This document shows, piece by piece, positions 1 through 11,524 of a stretch of 64,000 bases of DNA (the stretch's first letter is position 1; every line of letters starts with the position of its first letter). The notes beneath the pieces are model-generated. The model had not been told where the DNA came from. It worked only from the letters and a program-made list of their open reading frames with translations, and did not search any database. The stretch comes from Epithemia pelagica (taxonomy: Eukaryota > Protista > Bacillariophyta), in assembly GCA_946965045.2 (NCBI GenBank), contig OX337241.1:496001-560000 (forward strand), in the 5' to 3' direction. The position numbers and the translations under genes were made by a program.

Positions 1-1
1 A

Positions 2-2249
2 CGACAAGCTACCTTTGCCTTGCGCAACAATTGCGAGGGCGCCACCTACCGGACCGGCATTGTCAGTTTTGTCACACTCGTCTTGTTGGTAGTTGGTATG
101 AGTGTCTTGACGCGATATTTAAATGCCATGGAAGTGGCCTTTGACGAAGACGAACAAACGGCCCAAGATTATTCCATTCTCGTTCAAAATCCACCCGGCG
201 ATGCCACTAATGCACAAGAATGGCACGAGTACTTTGTTCAAAATTTTGACGGTGCCCATGCCACGGTCTGTACCATTGCCGTCGACAATGATTTGTTGGT
301 TCGATCCTTGGTGGAACGACGCCAAGTCTTGAGAACGCTCGAGTTGCTTGTGGAATCCGGCACCTCGTTGGATTCCCTAACCTTGGCGGGCATTGCCGCT
401 CACCAAGAACGACAACGGGGATTGTGGGGACGGGTCTGGGCCAGCCTGGTGCCAGGCATTCCGGAATTTTTTGCGCGACTCGTCGTTTTGACGGCCAAGA
501 TTCAAGGCTTGGCCCAGCAAGATTATCCCGCGACCAAAGTCTTTGTCACCTTTGAAACCGAAGCCGCACAACGTCGCGTCTTGACCGCATTGTCGACGGG
601 CAAATGGGATCATCGCCAGACTTCCAGTACTAATACGACCAAACCACAGCACTTGTTTCGTGGCACTGTGGCGTTGGAAGTCCAAGAACCGGACGAACCC
701 AATACCGTTCGATGGCAAGATTTGAATGAAACGGGTTGGAATCGCATGAAACAACAAGGCTTGACCACCTTTTGTACCTTGGTGGCCATTGTCGTGATTG
801 CCCTCGTCATTAATGTCTGCAATCATTCCTCCATTACCGTGTCGGCCTTTGCCATTGCCCTGTTCAATACTGCCTTTCCAGTCTTTGCCAAAATCTTGAC
901 CAATACCTTTGAAAAACATGCCAGTGAAGGTGGCAAACAACGATCCTTGTATTTCAAAATTTCCCTCTTTCGCTTTGTCAATACGGCCGTGGTCATTTCC
1001 ATTATTACACCCTTTACGGCCACCTTGAGCCATACGAATGGACTCATTTCCCAAGTCTATGCCCTCTTTTTTGCCGAAATTGTCACCACCAACCTCTTGC
1101 AATTGGCTGGTAAGTATTTCTTGATGTATGGATACGCGCACAACTGGATGGACACTGGTGGGTGTGTTGGTTATCTCATGTCTTGGGTGTTCTTGTTTGT
1201 TGTTGTGATACTTTGTGCCTTTTGGGTCCATTGCAGATCCGGTGGGACATATGAAGCGGCACATTTTGGCACCCCGTGCCAAGACACAAGATTCCATGAA
1301 TCTGTGCATGCAAGGAGAAGACTTTGAACTTGCCGAACGATACACCAACATGACCAAAATCTTGTTCCTGACGGTATGGTATTGCGCCATTTACCCCGCT
1401 TCTCTCTTTATGTGTTCGTTTGCCCTATTTGTCAATTACTTTACCGACCGCTTTAGTTTGATGCGAAGCTGGAAACGAGCTCCCAGTCTCGGTTCCCGCA
1501 TGTCCAAGTTTAGTCGTCGGTACTTTTTCCCCTTGTCCATTGTCAGTATGGCCGTTCTGTCTTCCTTTTATTGGGCCGGCTTTCCTTTTGACAATTTGTG
1601 TCAATTGGATCAAGAAATTGGCCAGGACTATGCCGGGACGTGGATTGTGGGCAATGAAACCATTGTCGTGGAGGCCTCGGATCCGGCCTTTGGCTTTTGT
1701 TTGCAAAACTTTTGGCGGTACGATCGCGATGAAAAACGTTTTCCCTTTTTGCCCGAGTTTCAACGAAGTGGCGCGGAATGGATGACGGACGAACAAGAGA
1801 CAGTCACACGACTGTGGGGATGGACGTCAGTGGGTGTCATTATATTTGTCTTGACCAAGATTGTGCTAGCTTGGTGGAAGGCCCTACGAGGCATGTTTCG
1901 GAGTACTTATCGTCCCTGTGGAGACGATCAACACATTCCGTTCAGTGAGGTTCCTTCCATTTCCGCCTATATCCCCCAAGTGGACTCCAACGTCTTTTCC
2001 TATCCCTTGTTGGCCTGTACGACCCAAGACATGGATCCGGAATTGTTGGATTTTAACGATCCGGATCGACCCTTGGAATATTACGATTTGACGCGTGATG
2101 CCGATGTCTTGTTGCATGGTACCGATGTTTCGTCCAAGACGGTCTTTTCTCAAGTCTTTCATTGGCCACCGCCGGAACCATCCACAGAACCATCGGTCCC
2201 GGAGGAAGAGGTTATCCTGGACCATGATGACGAGGGGAGTTCGTCGTAG
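2..2249 (+). CDS. CSC1/OSCA1/TMEM63-like mechanosensitive or Ca-permeable channel, 5'-truncated; join(<2..1109,1237..2249)
   Basis: ORFs 20..1327 and 1215..2249 are joined in frame by a 127-bp intron, GTAAGT(1110)..TTGCAG(1236), giving LLQLA-DPVGHMKRH. Motifs AQDYSILVQNPP, VFVTFETEAA and EPDEPNTVRWQDL resemble the OSCA cytosolic-loop motifs (YTVLV.N.P, AFVTF, APEP.D..W.NL). There are multiple TM helices, and the frame is open to the window edge. Confidence 0.75.
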
Positions 2250-3039
2250 AGGATACTTTGGTATCCATTCTTAGATCATATTGTAGACCCTATATTATTC
2301 TCATTGTGGCTCAAGACATTCTTCGCCGACTCCTTCGCATGCCGGCGTTCAGCGCATGGTCCAATCAACGGTCGGTCGCCGTTTGACTCCAGCCGAACAT
2401 GGTCAAATGGCCCTGTGGGCCAAGAAGTCGAATCACGAGGATTGCAACGCGTCGAATTTCAATCCCTTTTATTGTTGCATTACCAAAAGTCGTGGTGGTT
2501 ATCCGTTGTGGTTTCCCATTCTCGCTCATGCCGTGGCCGATTATTACATTTTCGCCTCCATTGCTCGACGACGACAACAACAACAACAACGCTCTCCTCC
2601 TCCCTCTAGAGGTAGTGAAACCAGAGTCAACTCAAGGTTCGGGGCTCTGCGGACGAGAGAACGAGCGCACATAATTTGTTACAGAGTGATGCCATTGCGT
2701 TATTGTCTCGTGTGTCTTTTGCCATTGCGTTCGGAAGCATGGACCGCAGTCCCACGCGAGCCATTCCGTGCTCCAGTCACACCATGAAAAACCACCCACG
2801 CAGAAAAACACAACACAGCTGGTTCCGCCAATCGCACAGACAAAAAATGCCCAAGCAAGTCAAACCGACATCGAATATCTGCTACTATTCCACGAAAACC
2901 CTTCGCAGGCTAAATAGGCAGAACATGGCTCTGGCTATCTTGCACTCGACAAGGCAAAGAGCCTTGCTTTCATGTCTCATAAAATCAGAACACACAAGAC
3001 ATAATCAACTGTATCCACAAAGCCTTTGAATCCAACAAC

Positions 3040-3588
3040 ATGACATCGCGCGTTCAGACCAATGCCCCTGCTTTGAATCTTCCTACTCTCTCAGGTGAAA
3101 CATTCAATCTCTCCAACGAAAAACCAGATAGCTTTACCATTGTTGTCTTTTATCGTGGCCTTCATTGTCTCATTTGTATCAACTACCTACAAGAAATCGA
3201 AGAAAACTTTGAGACCTTGACAAAGGCCGGTATCAATCTTGTGGCCGTGTCAATGGATCCCGAGGAAAAGGCTCATGCCACTGTCGACAAGGTTTCCAAT
3301 AACATGGATCTGTCAGATTCCTCACAATTCAAGACTCGCATCGCCTATGGTTTGACCGAGTCCGATGCTGGTACATGGGGTCTGTACCTGTCAAGCAAGA
3401 TTGAAGGATCGTCAGAACCCGACGTGTTTAGCGAACCAGGGTTGTTTGTCATGCGACCCGACAATACTGTCTTTATGGCTCAAGTGCAATCGGCACCCTT
3501 TGCTCGTCCCAACATTGCGCAGTTGGTCGGAGGTCTCTCGTATGCTAAGGAACACAAGTATCCAGCTCGCGGTACGTATGAGGCTTAG
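3040..3588 (+). CDS. AhpC/TSA (peroxiredoxin-like/redoxin) family protein, intronless
   Basis: 182 aa with a thioredoxin-fold CxxC in FYRGLHCLIC, plus FSEPGLF..RPD and C-terminal YPARG, typical of bacterial AhpC/TSA-family proteins. Confidence 0.85.
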   Translation: MTSRVQTNAPALNLPTLSGETFNLSNEKPDSFTIVVFYRGLHCLICINYLQEIEENFETLTKAGINLVAVSMDPEEKAHATVDKVSNNMDLSDSSQFKTRIAYGLTESDAGTWGLYLSSKIEGSSEPDVFSEPGLFVMRPDNTVFMAQVQSAPFARPNIAQLVGGLSYAKEHKYPARGTYEA

Positions 3589-3924
3589 CCACCTTTGGCA
3601 ACGTCATCAAAAAATCCAATCGTTGAGAAAAATAAGGAGGACATGCGTACCCATACCAAAAAGGGCATGTTTCGTTCCTTTCACAGAATCTTTAAAGATG
3701 CCTGTTATTGCAACGAGTATATTGCAGACTTTTGATGTTTCGCAATTGTAGGGCTTCTTGTGAATTGGTCTGGGAATCTCCAAACTATCTTGCAGATACG
3801 AGACTCAAGTCTTGACCAGTGAAACTCTTGAATGCTTCGCAAGAAGTGCCAAATAGCTAGTTTTGTCAATGTGTTCATGCGATGAGAAGTTGATCCACAC
3901 TGAACGTACCATTCAGAAATGTTT

Positions 3925-6900
3925 TTATTGGTACTGCTGCTTTTGTTGTTGGGGCTTCGAGTTCAATATTTTGCGTTTCAATTCCTCAAAATCCCGCAAC
4001 AGTTCTTGTCGTGTTGAAGGCGCCAACCACACGCTGGAATCAAGCACTTGCCCAAGCTTGAACAGAAGAGGTCGACCACGTTTTCCCTTCCAAAACTTCG
4101 CATCCTTATTCACGAGCTCGGTTAGCATGAGTCTCACGGCTTCCTCTCCATGCTCATACTTGGACTGTGTCAGGGCCACCAGGGTTTCAAAGAAGGTGAC
4201 TGAATCGGGCTGCAATCTTTTGTCATCTTGTTTTATCTGGGGTTGCTGTATAGACAAGGCCAAAAGTTCGGTGAACAGCTCCAGCGCTCTTTCACCTGCT
4301 TGTGGCATGCTTGATTTCGCATAGGCCGAAATCACATGGTTGTAGGAAGTTGTGTCTGGATGACAATCCCAGTTTCGCTCTTCTCCGTAAGAAGCCATTT
4401 GGCGGAAAAGCTCTTCTGTTTCAAAGGCGGCATTTGGACGATTTGATTCCGACCAACTCTTGAGGGCGACATTAAAGTCTGTCGTCTCTGGGGGTGTATC
4501 CAACAAGTTTGTTTCACACGCATGTACCATTTCCTGGAGCACATGTCTTGTCATCTCCGGATGACGTAGTTTGTACCATGCCTGCAAGCGCAACAAGTAC
4601 AATTCTCGATTTGGTTGGAGTGCCAAGGATTTTTCTTCCTCGTATCGATGTTTCATTTCATAAAAGAGTTCTTCCATGTCACTCGAAAACAACTTAGGTT
4701 GTCTCGAGTATGTGGCAAGCAGGTATCGGTACGTATCACCATTTGGCACGATCTCATGATCTCTCATTTCCTCGTACAAGGCACGCGCTTGCTCGCAAAT
4801 TGTTTTTCCACGAGCCTGCGGTAACGCTGCAAATATTGCATTGTAGGTACCGACATGAGGCTTGAAGGACTCGTCGTCGGTTGATTTCTCATACATTTCC
4901 TGTAGTAATTCCAACGCCTTGTTCAGTCGGTTTGATTTGACAAAGGCCGACAAGACGGGAGCAAACGAACCGGTATTGGGGCGGCCAGAATATTGGGAAC
5001 CTGTGAGGTCCATCTCGTTTTCCCCTGTAACTCGCAGCCATTCTCTCAGCTCCCACTCAGTTCGCTCCACGGCATTGGGCTTAGAGGAGTTGGCCCATGC
5101 TTCAATGACCGCGTTGAACTCGTTCGGTCCAGGCCACGTCTTCAACGCACCCAGTTCGTACTCTTTCTGCATTTCTTCCAACACCGTTTGTGTCATTTCG
5201 GGGTTTCCCGCAGCAGACCAACACTTGAGGCGCACCGTGTATTCGTTGTAATCTGGTTTGTGATCAATTTCTCCCACCAAGAATCTACTTCTTAATTCTT
5301 GGAAGACGTGTTCCACTTTTTCGGGTTGTTGTAATTGCGCCCATGCCATCATCAGGGCACGGTAGGATGTCCTGGTAGGCTTTAGGTTGACTCTTTTCAT
5401 TTCCGTCAAAAACGATTTCGCCCAATCCAGGTGCTCTGACGAAGAGGATTTGGATAATCCCAGCAAGATCGCCTCATAGATCGATGCATCTGCTTTCAAA
5501 GTATCACCTTTTCGATTGGGGTTCATCTTTTGTGTCATTTTCCTCACGAGCTCAGCAATGACATGCCCAATGTCCTCATCGTCTACGTTCTTTCCCATTG
5601 TTGGGGCGTGGTTGGACTTGGCAATGGCTGTAAACAGTGTTGTGTAGCAAACAGTATCGGGTTCGATAGACGCTTGCTCCATCCAGTCAAAGATTTCCCG
5701 TGCGCGACGGGCCATCCGGTCCGTTTTGGGTTGCGCGGCCATGACGACAGAAAACAGGCGGGGATCCAACGCTGCCCGTGGCTTGGTCTTTGGACCACCG
5801 TCGTGGTGACACAAGTCTTTTAGATACTCATAACAGGTATCGGCTCGTTTGGCATTTTTGAGTGCTCGTAGGACGTAAAAGTGGCTGTAGCGATCGGGTT
5901 GTATCTTGGGACTATTTTGCAGGTCCATCCATCGAATCACCTCAAGGGCAGCATTGGCGGCATCTTCGCTACCATTATCAGCACAATGAGACAAGAATGA
6001 ATTGAGCAAGAATCGCTCCGTCGATTTGGTTTCCTGTTGTTTCCCCTGCTCTTGCTGTTGTCGTTTGGTGAGAAGGGAACGATGTACGCGAATCAAAAAG
6101 GCAATCGGATGAGCTGCTGCCACGACAGGACTATCAATACGACCACCGTAGTCACTCCAAATATCCAGAACCAGATCCCATGTTGCAGCGTGGTCTTTTT
6201 CGTCCAACACCACAATGAAATGTCCCAACTTTTGCTCCAAACCATGAAGGAATGACATGGCTCCCCGAAATTGTCGAATCTTGGCAAAGGCCCACAAAAG
6301 GATCAACATGTTTCGACGGTCTTCCTTTTCTCGTTCCACCGAGGGATTCTCGAACAGCTCTGCTTCTTGGTGTTTGCCAACAAATACCAATTTTGTCAGG
6401 TCTTGTTGCACAAGGTGGGTGGCCTGTTCCCATTGATCTCCACGAACCAAGGCGGACACAACGGCCATGGCCGTCGACACGATTGGCGTGGTGGTGCTGT
6501 GTCCAATGGCAGGATTGTTATCAGATTCATCTTGTCGACTGAAATGTTGCTTGAAATGGGCTCGCTTGGACAACCAAGATTTCCACAAGACCCATGCAAT
6601 CACTGCCGTGACCTTGTCATTGACCTCATCTCGTTCCACATTGGATCTGGCCACTAATACGTGGTCCATCATGAGGGTATGAAACTTGCTGTCATCGTTG
6701 CAAGGAGCTAAGGTTTCAACAAGTTGATTCGCCAGTTCCTCCAAACGACGCCATACAAGAGGGGACGACGGCGATTCTTGACAACAATGGCCAAATATCT
6801 TCATCATTTGGACCAAGACGCTCGGAGTGGGTTGCAATTCGTCACGTCCCGTTTGATTCCATCCTTTTGTCAACCATTCCAAATGGCCTTCTGCACGATG

Positions 6901-8169
6901 TGCCAAGGAAGGGTACGTAAGGCCTTGTTGTTGCGTCGTTTCATGACAAAGAGCCCAGTGAATCGTATCGGCCGTGGGATACCAGGGACTGTGGGGATCG
7001 TCTTGGCTTTGTTTCGTCATCCAATCCAGTACCATTTCCACCGTCACTCTGTTATTATCGTCATTCTCGTCATTGTGAGGTTGTGGCATGGACTTCCAAA
7101 TCTTCCAAATGCGGGCATGAATGGGTTGTCCATCCTTGTCTACAGCGCCACACAAGCCAACGCTTGTGTACTGCGCCAGCTTTTGCAGGACGGCCCATGG
7201 CGACAATAACGTGGTTTCGCTCGTGAGTTTCTGTTGTTGTTCTTGCACTTGTCGGTGGTGATCGTGCTGCTGTTTCCACAGGTCCAAGACGGCCTGAATG
7301 GCCTGGACATGGACAAGGGAAGATTTATTGCTTGGAGTCGTCGTCGAGTGATGGTTCGGGGCGTGTTGTGTCATTGGTTGTTGGTGTTGCGACGCGACAG
7401 GACACAGTCGATCCAACACGTCCCAACACGATTGTACCATCCGGTCGAGTCGTTGTCGATGCATCCATGAGGAGTTGTAAGGATTGTCATGTTTGTTCAA
7501 GGTGTCGAGTTCCAAGACAATGTTGGTACTGGCCAACAACCATTGTTCCACCCACTGCCACTCGTGTGGTGCACCACCAAATTGGGTCGAGACGGGTGCT
7601 TTTGCTTCTTCTTGTTCGTGAACAGAAGCAGTTACCGACGACGACGACGACAATTGATTCAACAAACGATCTCGGGTACGACACCACACGGGCCATATCG
7701 TCCCCATATCGTGTTCCTCTCCATGGGTGGTGGTGGGCAAGGCGTTGTAGGAGGAGTAAGTCAAATACGTGGGTGCCACACTGCCGTGGAGCAATAAGGG
7801 CATGGGATGGATCCGGCCGTAATGGTTTGTGATGGTTTGTCGCCGTGGCGGTGCCGTTGTTGCTGTCGTCTTGTCCTTGTTCGTGAACACTCGCTCCACG
7901 GAATCGGTTTTCGTAGTAAAAGGTGTTGTCGTCGTTGTCGAAACATGTCTCTTGTTTGAGAAAAAACCAAGACAGGTCGTTTCCAAACGAAAACCAGAAG
8001 GAGGAGGACGAGAAAAGGCCAAAGAACCAAACGAGGAATCTGCCGCCACGAGTAGTTGTGCCTCGGATTGATGAGGTCGCCGATGAGCACTTGTACCATG
8101 ATGATAGGAGAAGGAGGGTTTGGAACCTCGTCTCCGATTCCTACCACCACACAGAACGACACGCATCAT
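3925..8169 (-). CDS. Pentatricopeptide-repeat (PPR) protein, probably mitochondrial
   Basis: 1414-aa ATG-started ORF. The C-terminal half has repeated PPR units (PDTVCYTTLFTAIAKS, PTRTSYRALMMAWAQ, PDYNEYTVRLKCWS, PHVGTYNAIFAAL, PDTTSYNHVISAYAKS). The N-terminus is R/S-rich like a presequence. Confidence 0.88.
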   Translation of the reverse strand: MMRVVLCGGRNRRRGSKPSFSYHHGTSAHRRPHQSEAQLLVAADSSFGSLAFSRPPPSGFRLETTCLGFFSNKRHVSTTTTTPFTTKTDSVERVFTNKDKTTATTAPPRRQTITNHYGRIHPMPLLLHGSVAPTYLTYSSYNALPTTTHGEEHDMGTIWPVWCRTRDRLLNQLSSSSSVTASVHEQEEAKAPVSTQFGGAPHEWQWVEQWLLASTNIVLELDTLNKHDNPYNSSWMHRQRLDRMVQSCWDVLDRLCPVASQHQQPMTQHAPNHHSTTTPSNKSSLVHVQAIQAVLDLWKQQHDHHRQVQEQQQKLTSETTLLSPWAVLQKLAQYTSVGLCGAVDKDGQPIHARIWKIWKSMPQPHNDENDDNNRVTVEMVLDWMTKQSQDDPHSPWYPTADTIHWALCHETTQQQGLTYPSLAHRAEGHLEWLTKGWNQTGRDELQPTPSVLVQMMKIFGHCCQESPSSPLVWRRLEELANQLVETLAPCNDDSKFHTLMMDHVLVARSNVERDEVNDKVTAVIAWVLWKSWLSKRAHFKQHFSRQDESDNNPAIGHSTTTPIVSTAMAVVSALVRGDQWEQATHLVQQDLTKLVFVGKHQEAELFENPSVEREKEDRRNMLILLWAFAKIRQFRGAMSFLHGLEQKLGHFIVVLDEKDHAATWDLVLDIWSDYGGRIDSPVVAAAHPIAFLIRVHRSLLTKRQQQEQGKQQETKSTERFLLNSFLSHCADNGSEDAANAALEVIRWMDLQNSPKIQPDRYSHFYVLRALKNAKRADTCYEYLKDLCHHDGGPKTKPRAALDPRLFSVVMAAQPKTDRMARRAREIFDWMEQASIEPDTVCYTTLFTAIAKSNHAPTMGKNVDDEDIGHVIAELVRKMTQKMNPNRKGDTLKADASIYEAILLGLSKSSSSEHLDWAKSFLTEMKRVNLKPTRTSYRALMMAWAQLQQPEKVEHVFQELRSRFLVGEIDHKPDYNEYTVRLKCWSAAGNPEMTQTVLEEMQKEYELGALKTWPGPNEFNAVIEAWANSSKPNAVERTEWELREWLRVTGENEMDLTGSQYSGRPNTGSFAPVLSAFVKSNRLNKALELLQEMYEKSTDDESFKPHVGTYNAIFAALPQARGKTICEQARALYEEMRDHEIVPNGDTYRYLLATYSRQPKLFSSDMEELFYEMKHRYEEEKSLALQPNRELYLLRLQAWYKLRHPEMTRHVLQEMVHACETNLLDTPPETTDFNVALKSWSESNRPNAAFETEELFRQMASYGEERNWDCHPDTTSYNHVISAYAKSSMPQAGERALELFTELLALSIQQPQIKQDDKRLQPDSVTFFETLVALTQSKYEHGEEAVRLMLTELVNKDAKFWKGKRGRPLLFKLGQVLDSSVWLAPSTRQELLRDFEELKRKILNSKPQQQKQQYQ

Positions 8170-9141
8170 CTTGTCACTTCAAAAATGTGGCAAAAGAACC
8201 GGATTTCTGGAATCTCGACACCAACTCACAAAAGAAATCTCCAACCACACCTTACCGTGCTGGAACACCCAACACCCATTCTCTTGTCTTTTGTTGTAGT
8301 ACTAGAAGTGCTTTGTTATTCGTCAACTTTTGTCCATCCGAGGCCGGTCATGGATTGTTTCAAAGTTTCTTCTCTCTCTTGTTTCAGTAATGACGTCGCT
8401 GGTGTATGGGTTCTTTGGGGTTTGTTTTGCCAATACGAATCGGACAACAGAGAGAAATGGCAAGCCACAAAAAGATTACCTTTTCTATAGTTGATTGTCG
8501 TCGAATGGCCAACGTAATCTCGTCAAGAGGACAGCTGTCGACAAGTAAGGATAATAGTAGCACCGTTGATGGAGACGACACACTTTCCTATGAACTTGTT
8601 GGACGACGAAGGTGGATGAGAGGTGTGTTATCTCATTGTGAGAGTGATGTGAGGTGGTGGAGAGACCTGGGGATCCGGGTTACTCTTTGAAGACGAAGAC
8701 TAAAGATAGACGGCCTATCGGGGTCCCGATTGGAAAGAATGAAACCGGTCACGAAGGAGAAAACCCAGTGAAAATTTATGTCAAAACCACAAAATGAGGC
8801 GTTCAAAAATCGAAAAAGTCTGCGTATTTTGAGTCGTGGTTCAAGTCGGATGTAGGCATCGAACAGCGAGATCAAGATCAACCCCCAAAGAAGAGGCACA
8901 GACATCATGTAAGGCCATTCCTTTAGCTCAACAAAACCAATCCGTGCTGGCCGGGCCGGATTTGGTTTTGGAAAATGTGCCTAAACGCCGTCCTTACGCA
9001 TTCGCAAAACAAATCCAAAAGACCGCACCTGTCCCCCATCCTGACCCCCATCCTCCCCCACTCTTCACTTAGAAAAATTGAATACTAAAACTATTGGGTA
9101 CTAAGGAAGCGACCTTTTACATATGCAAGAATACCGTTAGA

Positions 9142-9200
9142 GTCGAACGCCCGCCCATCATGTCGAACGCCCGCCCATCATGTCGAACGCCCGTCCAACA
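9142..9200. repeat. 20-bp tandem repeat x3 (GTCGAACGCCCGCCCATCAT; third copy diverged)
   Basis: Read directly at 9142, 9162 and 9182. Confidence 0.9.
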
Positions 9201-9265
9201 TATTCGAAACTGTAGGCTGGCCTCTACACTAGCATAAGTAAAACACTATCCCTAATGAATTTCCC

Positions 9266-9313
9266 GGATTTGTTCGAACCAATCCGGGGTCCTGGATTGG
9301 TTCGAACAAATCC
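9266..9313. repeat. Perfect 20-bp inverted repeat with 8-nt loop
   Basis: GGATTTGTTCGAACCAATCC (9266-9285) and GGATTGGTTCGAACAAATCC (9294-9313) are exact reverse complements. Confidence 0.92.
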
Positions 9314-9402
9314 AGAAATGCTGTGTTACCCGGATATATGACGTAAATGTGACGCACAATGCTGACGTGCACGCAATCTCGATTTGGTTTTGCGAGCTAA
9401 AG

Positions 9403-9520
9403 GATTGGCCTAAACGACAAATACAGCAACTCGAACAGCAAAAACCATAAAAACCTCTCAAGATTGGCCTAAACGACAAATACAGCAACTCGAACAGCAA
9501 CAACCATAAAAACCTCTCAA
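9403..9520. repeat. 59-bp tandem repeat x2
   Basis: GATTGGCCTAAACGACAAATACAGCAACTCGAACAGCAA(A/C)AACCATAAAAACCTCTCAA at 9403 and 9462. Confidence 0.92.
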
Positions 9521-9556
9521 GAGACTATATCATCCCAGCGAAACAAATTCTCCACA

Positions 9557-10789
9557 ATGACGTACGTTACGACAGAATGCGCAGGAAACCTTGGTGGATA
9601 TAAGGCAGGGATCTTATCAGTGAGGGCGTGTTTGGATCCTCTCTCCCTCTCGAATCTGAATATCCGTATCCTTTTCTGGTTTTGTGTTGTTACTTGTCGT
9701 CGTGCTTTCATTTCCTCGGAAATCTTGTTGTTGTTCTTTTGTTTCCTCACATTGCGAGCTTCTTTTGACTCTTCATTTTTGATTGCAGAAATCCTCGTCG
9801 TGCCGGAGCCAAGGATACCTGCTGCAATGGCATGTGCACATGTTGTCCGTATGGATGTACCTTTGTGGCACCGTGTATTTTGGGAATTGTCGCCATTGTA
9901 TGCACCTGGACATCGACCTTTGGATGTCGCTACTTTGTAACCACCTTTCCCTTGACACCCAATATTCCCAGCAATCGCATTTCGGTTGACCTCAGCAATC
10001 GCTTTTCGGTTGGCCCCTGGACGGTGGAAAACTTTGATTTGGCTTTTGGTGGGACCGTTATTGTGGACGATGATGATAACGATGGATGTGTCGGGTGGTA
10101 TCAACATGATCATGTGACAGCGGATTGGATCGATGCTCCCATCAAGTTTGTTCGTGTCATTAGTATGTTGGCGGCCTTTGCGTCACTCTTTTTTTGGGTT
10201 CCCCTCATGATGGGAGGTTGCATGGTCCTTCAACCGGCCTTGCTGAAAGTGATGATGTTCATCTTTATCTTTGTCGCCATTTCCTCCATTCTCACGTTGG
10301 TACGTGCACTTATTGTCGGATACCCATTTCGAATTCCTATCTAACTCTTGAGTCTTGTTTGATTTGGTTGCGTAGGTCATGTTGGCATCTGATTTGTGTC
10401 AAGATAGCAATGACTGTGATTTCGGTGGAACCGGCATCGCGGCCATTTTGGCCTTTGTCTTTTGGATTGCCACGGCTGCTGTCATTCCTTGTATGCGAGA
10501 GAAAAAGAAGCGACCCACTAACAATGCGGAGAGTACGGCAACGGCGACTCCGGAAACTGCGGTACCCGCGGCCGCCGAGACCTTGACCAATACCGTGGAA
10601 CAAACCATGGTTGAAGAAGATGGCACGGTCGTCAAACTCACCACCAAAACGACGACCGATACCAATGGCAATAAAACTATCACCGAAACACGCGAAATTA
10701 TCAAACCCGCTTCTGCGGTTGCAGCGAGCGCTGCGACTGTGGAAGACGTGGATATTCCCTTGGCCAGTGCCAAGGCCGTCAGTTATTAA
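9557..10789 (+). CDS. Cys-rich 4-TM claudin-like protein, paralog A; join(9557..9561,9789..10299,10376..10789)
   Basis: 5-nt exon ATGAC|GTACGT, acceptor TTGCAG at 9788, second intron GTACGT(10300)..TAG(10375). The spliced CDS is in frame. Motifs: CCNGMCTCCPYG, FSVGPWTVENF, CVGW, four hydrophobic helices, and a T-rich VEQT.VEEDG tail. Confidence 0.8.
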
Positions 10790-10811
10790 ACACGGTGTGT
10801 GTGCGATTCGA

Positions 10812-10888
10812 GGGGGGGGGGGGGGGGGGGTTGGAATATTCGTATGGTTACTTTCGGTTGGTTTATATGGTTACTTTCGGTTGGTTTA
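10812..10888. repeat. G19 run followed by a 23-bp tandem duplication (TATGGTTACTTTCGGTTGGTTTA x2)
   Basis: Poly-G at 10812-10830; repeat units at 10843 and 10866, just 3' of paralog A. Confidence 0.85.
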
Positions 10889-11524
10889 TGTTGGTATCCT
10901 TTTGACATTTGTGTCCTGTGGCTTTTGGACGTATTGGGCAACTGTACCCGTCCTTGGGAACCCAACGGTGAATTACTCGACAGTGGGCGAAGCCAATTCA
11001 CGCGATTAATGGTTCATGGTTTCTTTTGGTTGGCCTATTCTAGACTGTCTTCTAGAAGAATCACATGTCGTACTCTAGGTCGATAGGAGACATATGGTGA
11101 CTCTTTCGTCGATGGCACAACCACCATGGTTTGTTTTCTCTGGAGAAAGAAAGAGGCAATCCTCTGTTCACTTGTACAACCACAACATTTGCAGACATCA
11201 TCATCGTTCATCGTGGTGGAGGAGATGATTGATATGTGGGTAGACTGCCTATCTGAGTCCTGAACGGGAACAACACTCGTTCTCAGTCACGATGAGTGAG
11301 CAGATGTTTCAGATTCTTTGGTTCCGAGTTCGGATTTCGGATCGGCAAACCAGAAGCGATCACACAACGAGAAGCTCAGAACAAGAGCACATACCCCTAT
11401 AACCCGAACAACGAAAACACAACAACCAACAACTACAACAAACCATAAAAAAGAATCAATCAACTTCTCAAGAAGTATACAGTTGATATCATTAACGAAG
11501 GTCACTCTTCCCTGCCCAAACACA

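Noticed and set aside
377-1390. Long antisense ORFs opposite real genes (also 25080..26033, 35985..37412, 44404..45444)
   Set aside because: They are shadow frames of the coding strand with no independent motifs.
2304-2787. Possible CAAX-protease (CPBP) remnant (QEVESRGLQR; LWFPILAHAVADY)
   Set aside because: The motif-like pieces are in different frames and too weak to support without a profile search.
9142-9200. Short direct repeats as a CRISPR array
   Set aside because: The units are contiguous with no unique spacers, there are no cas genes, and the context is eukaryotic.
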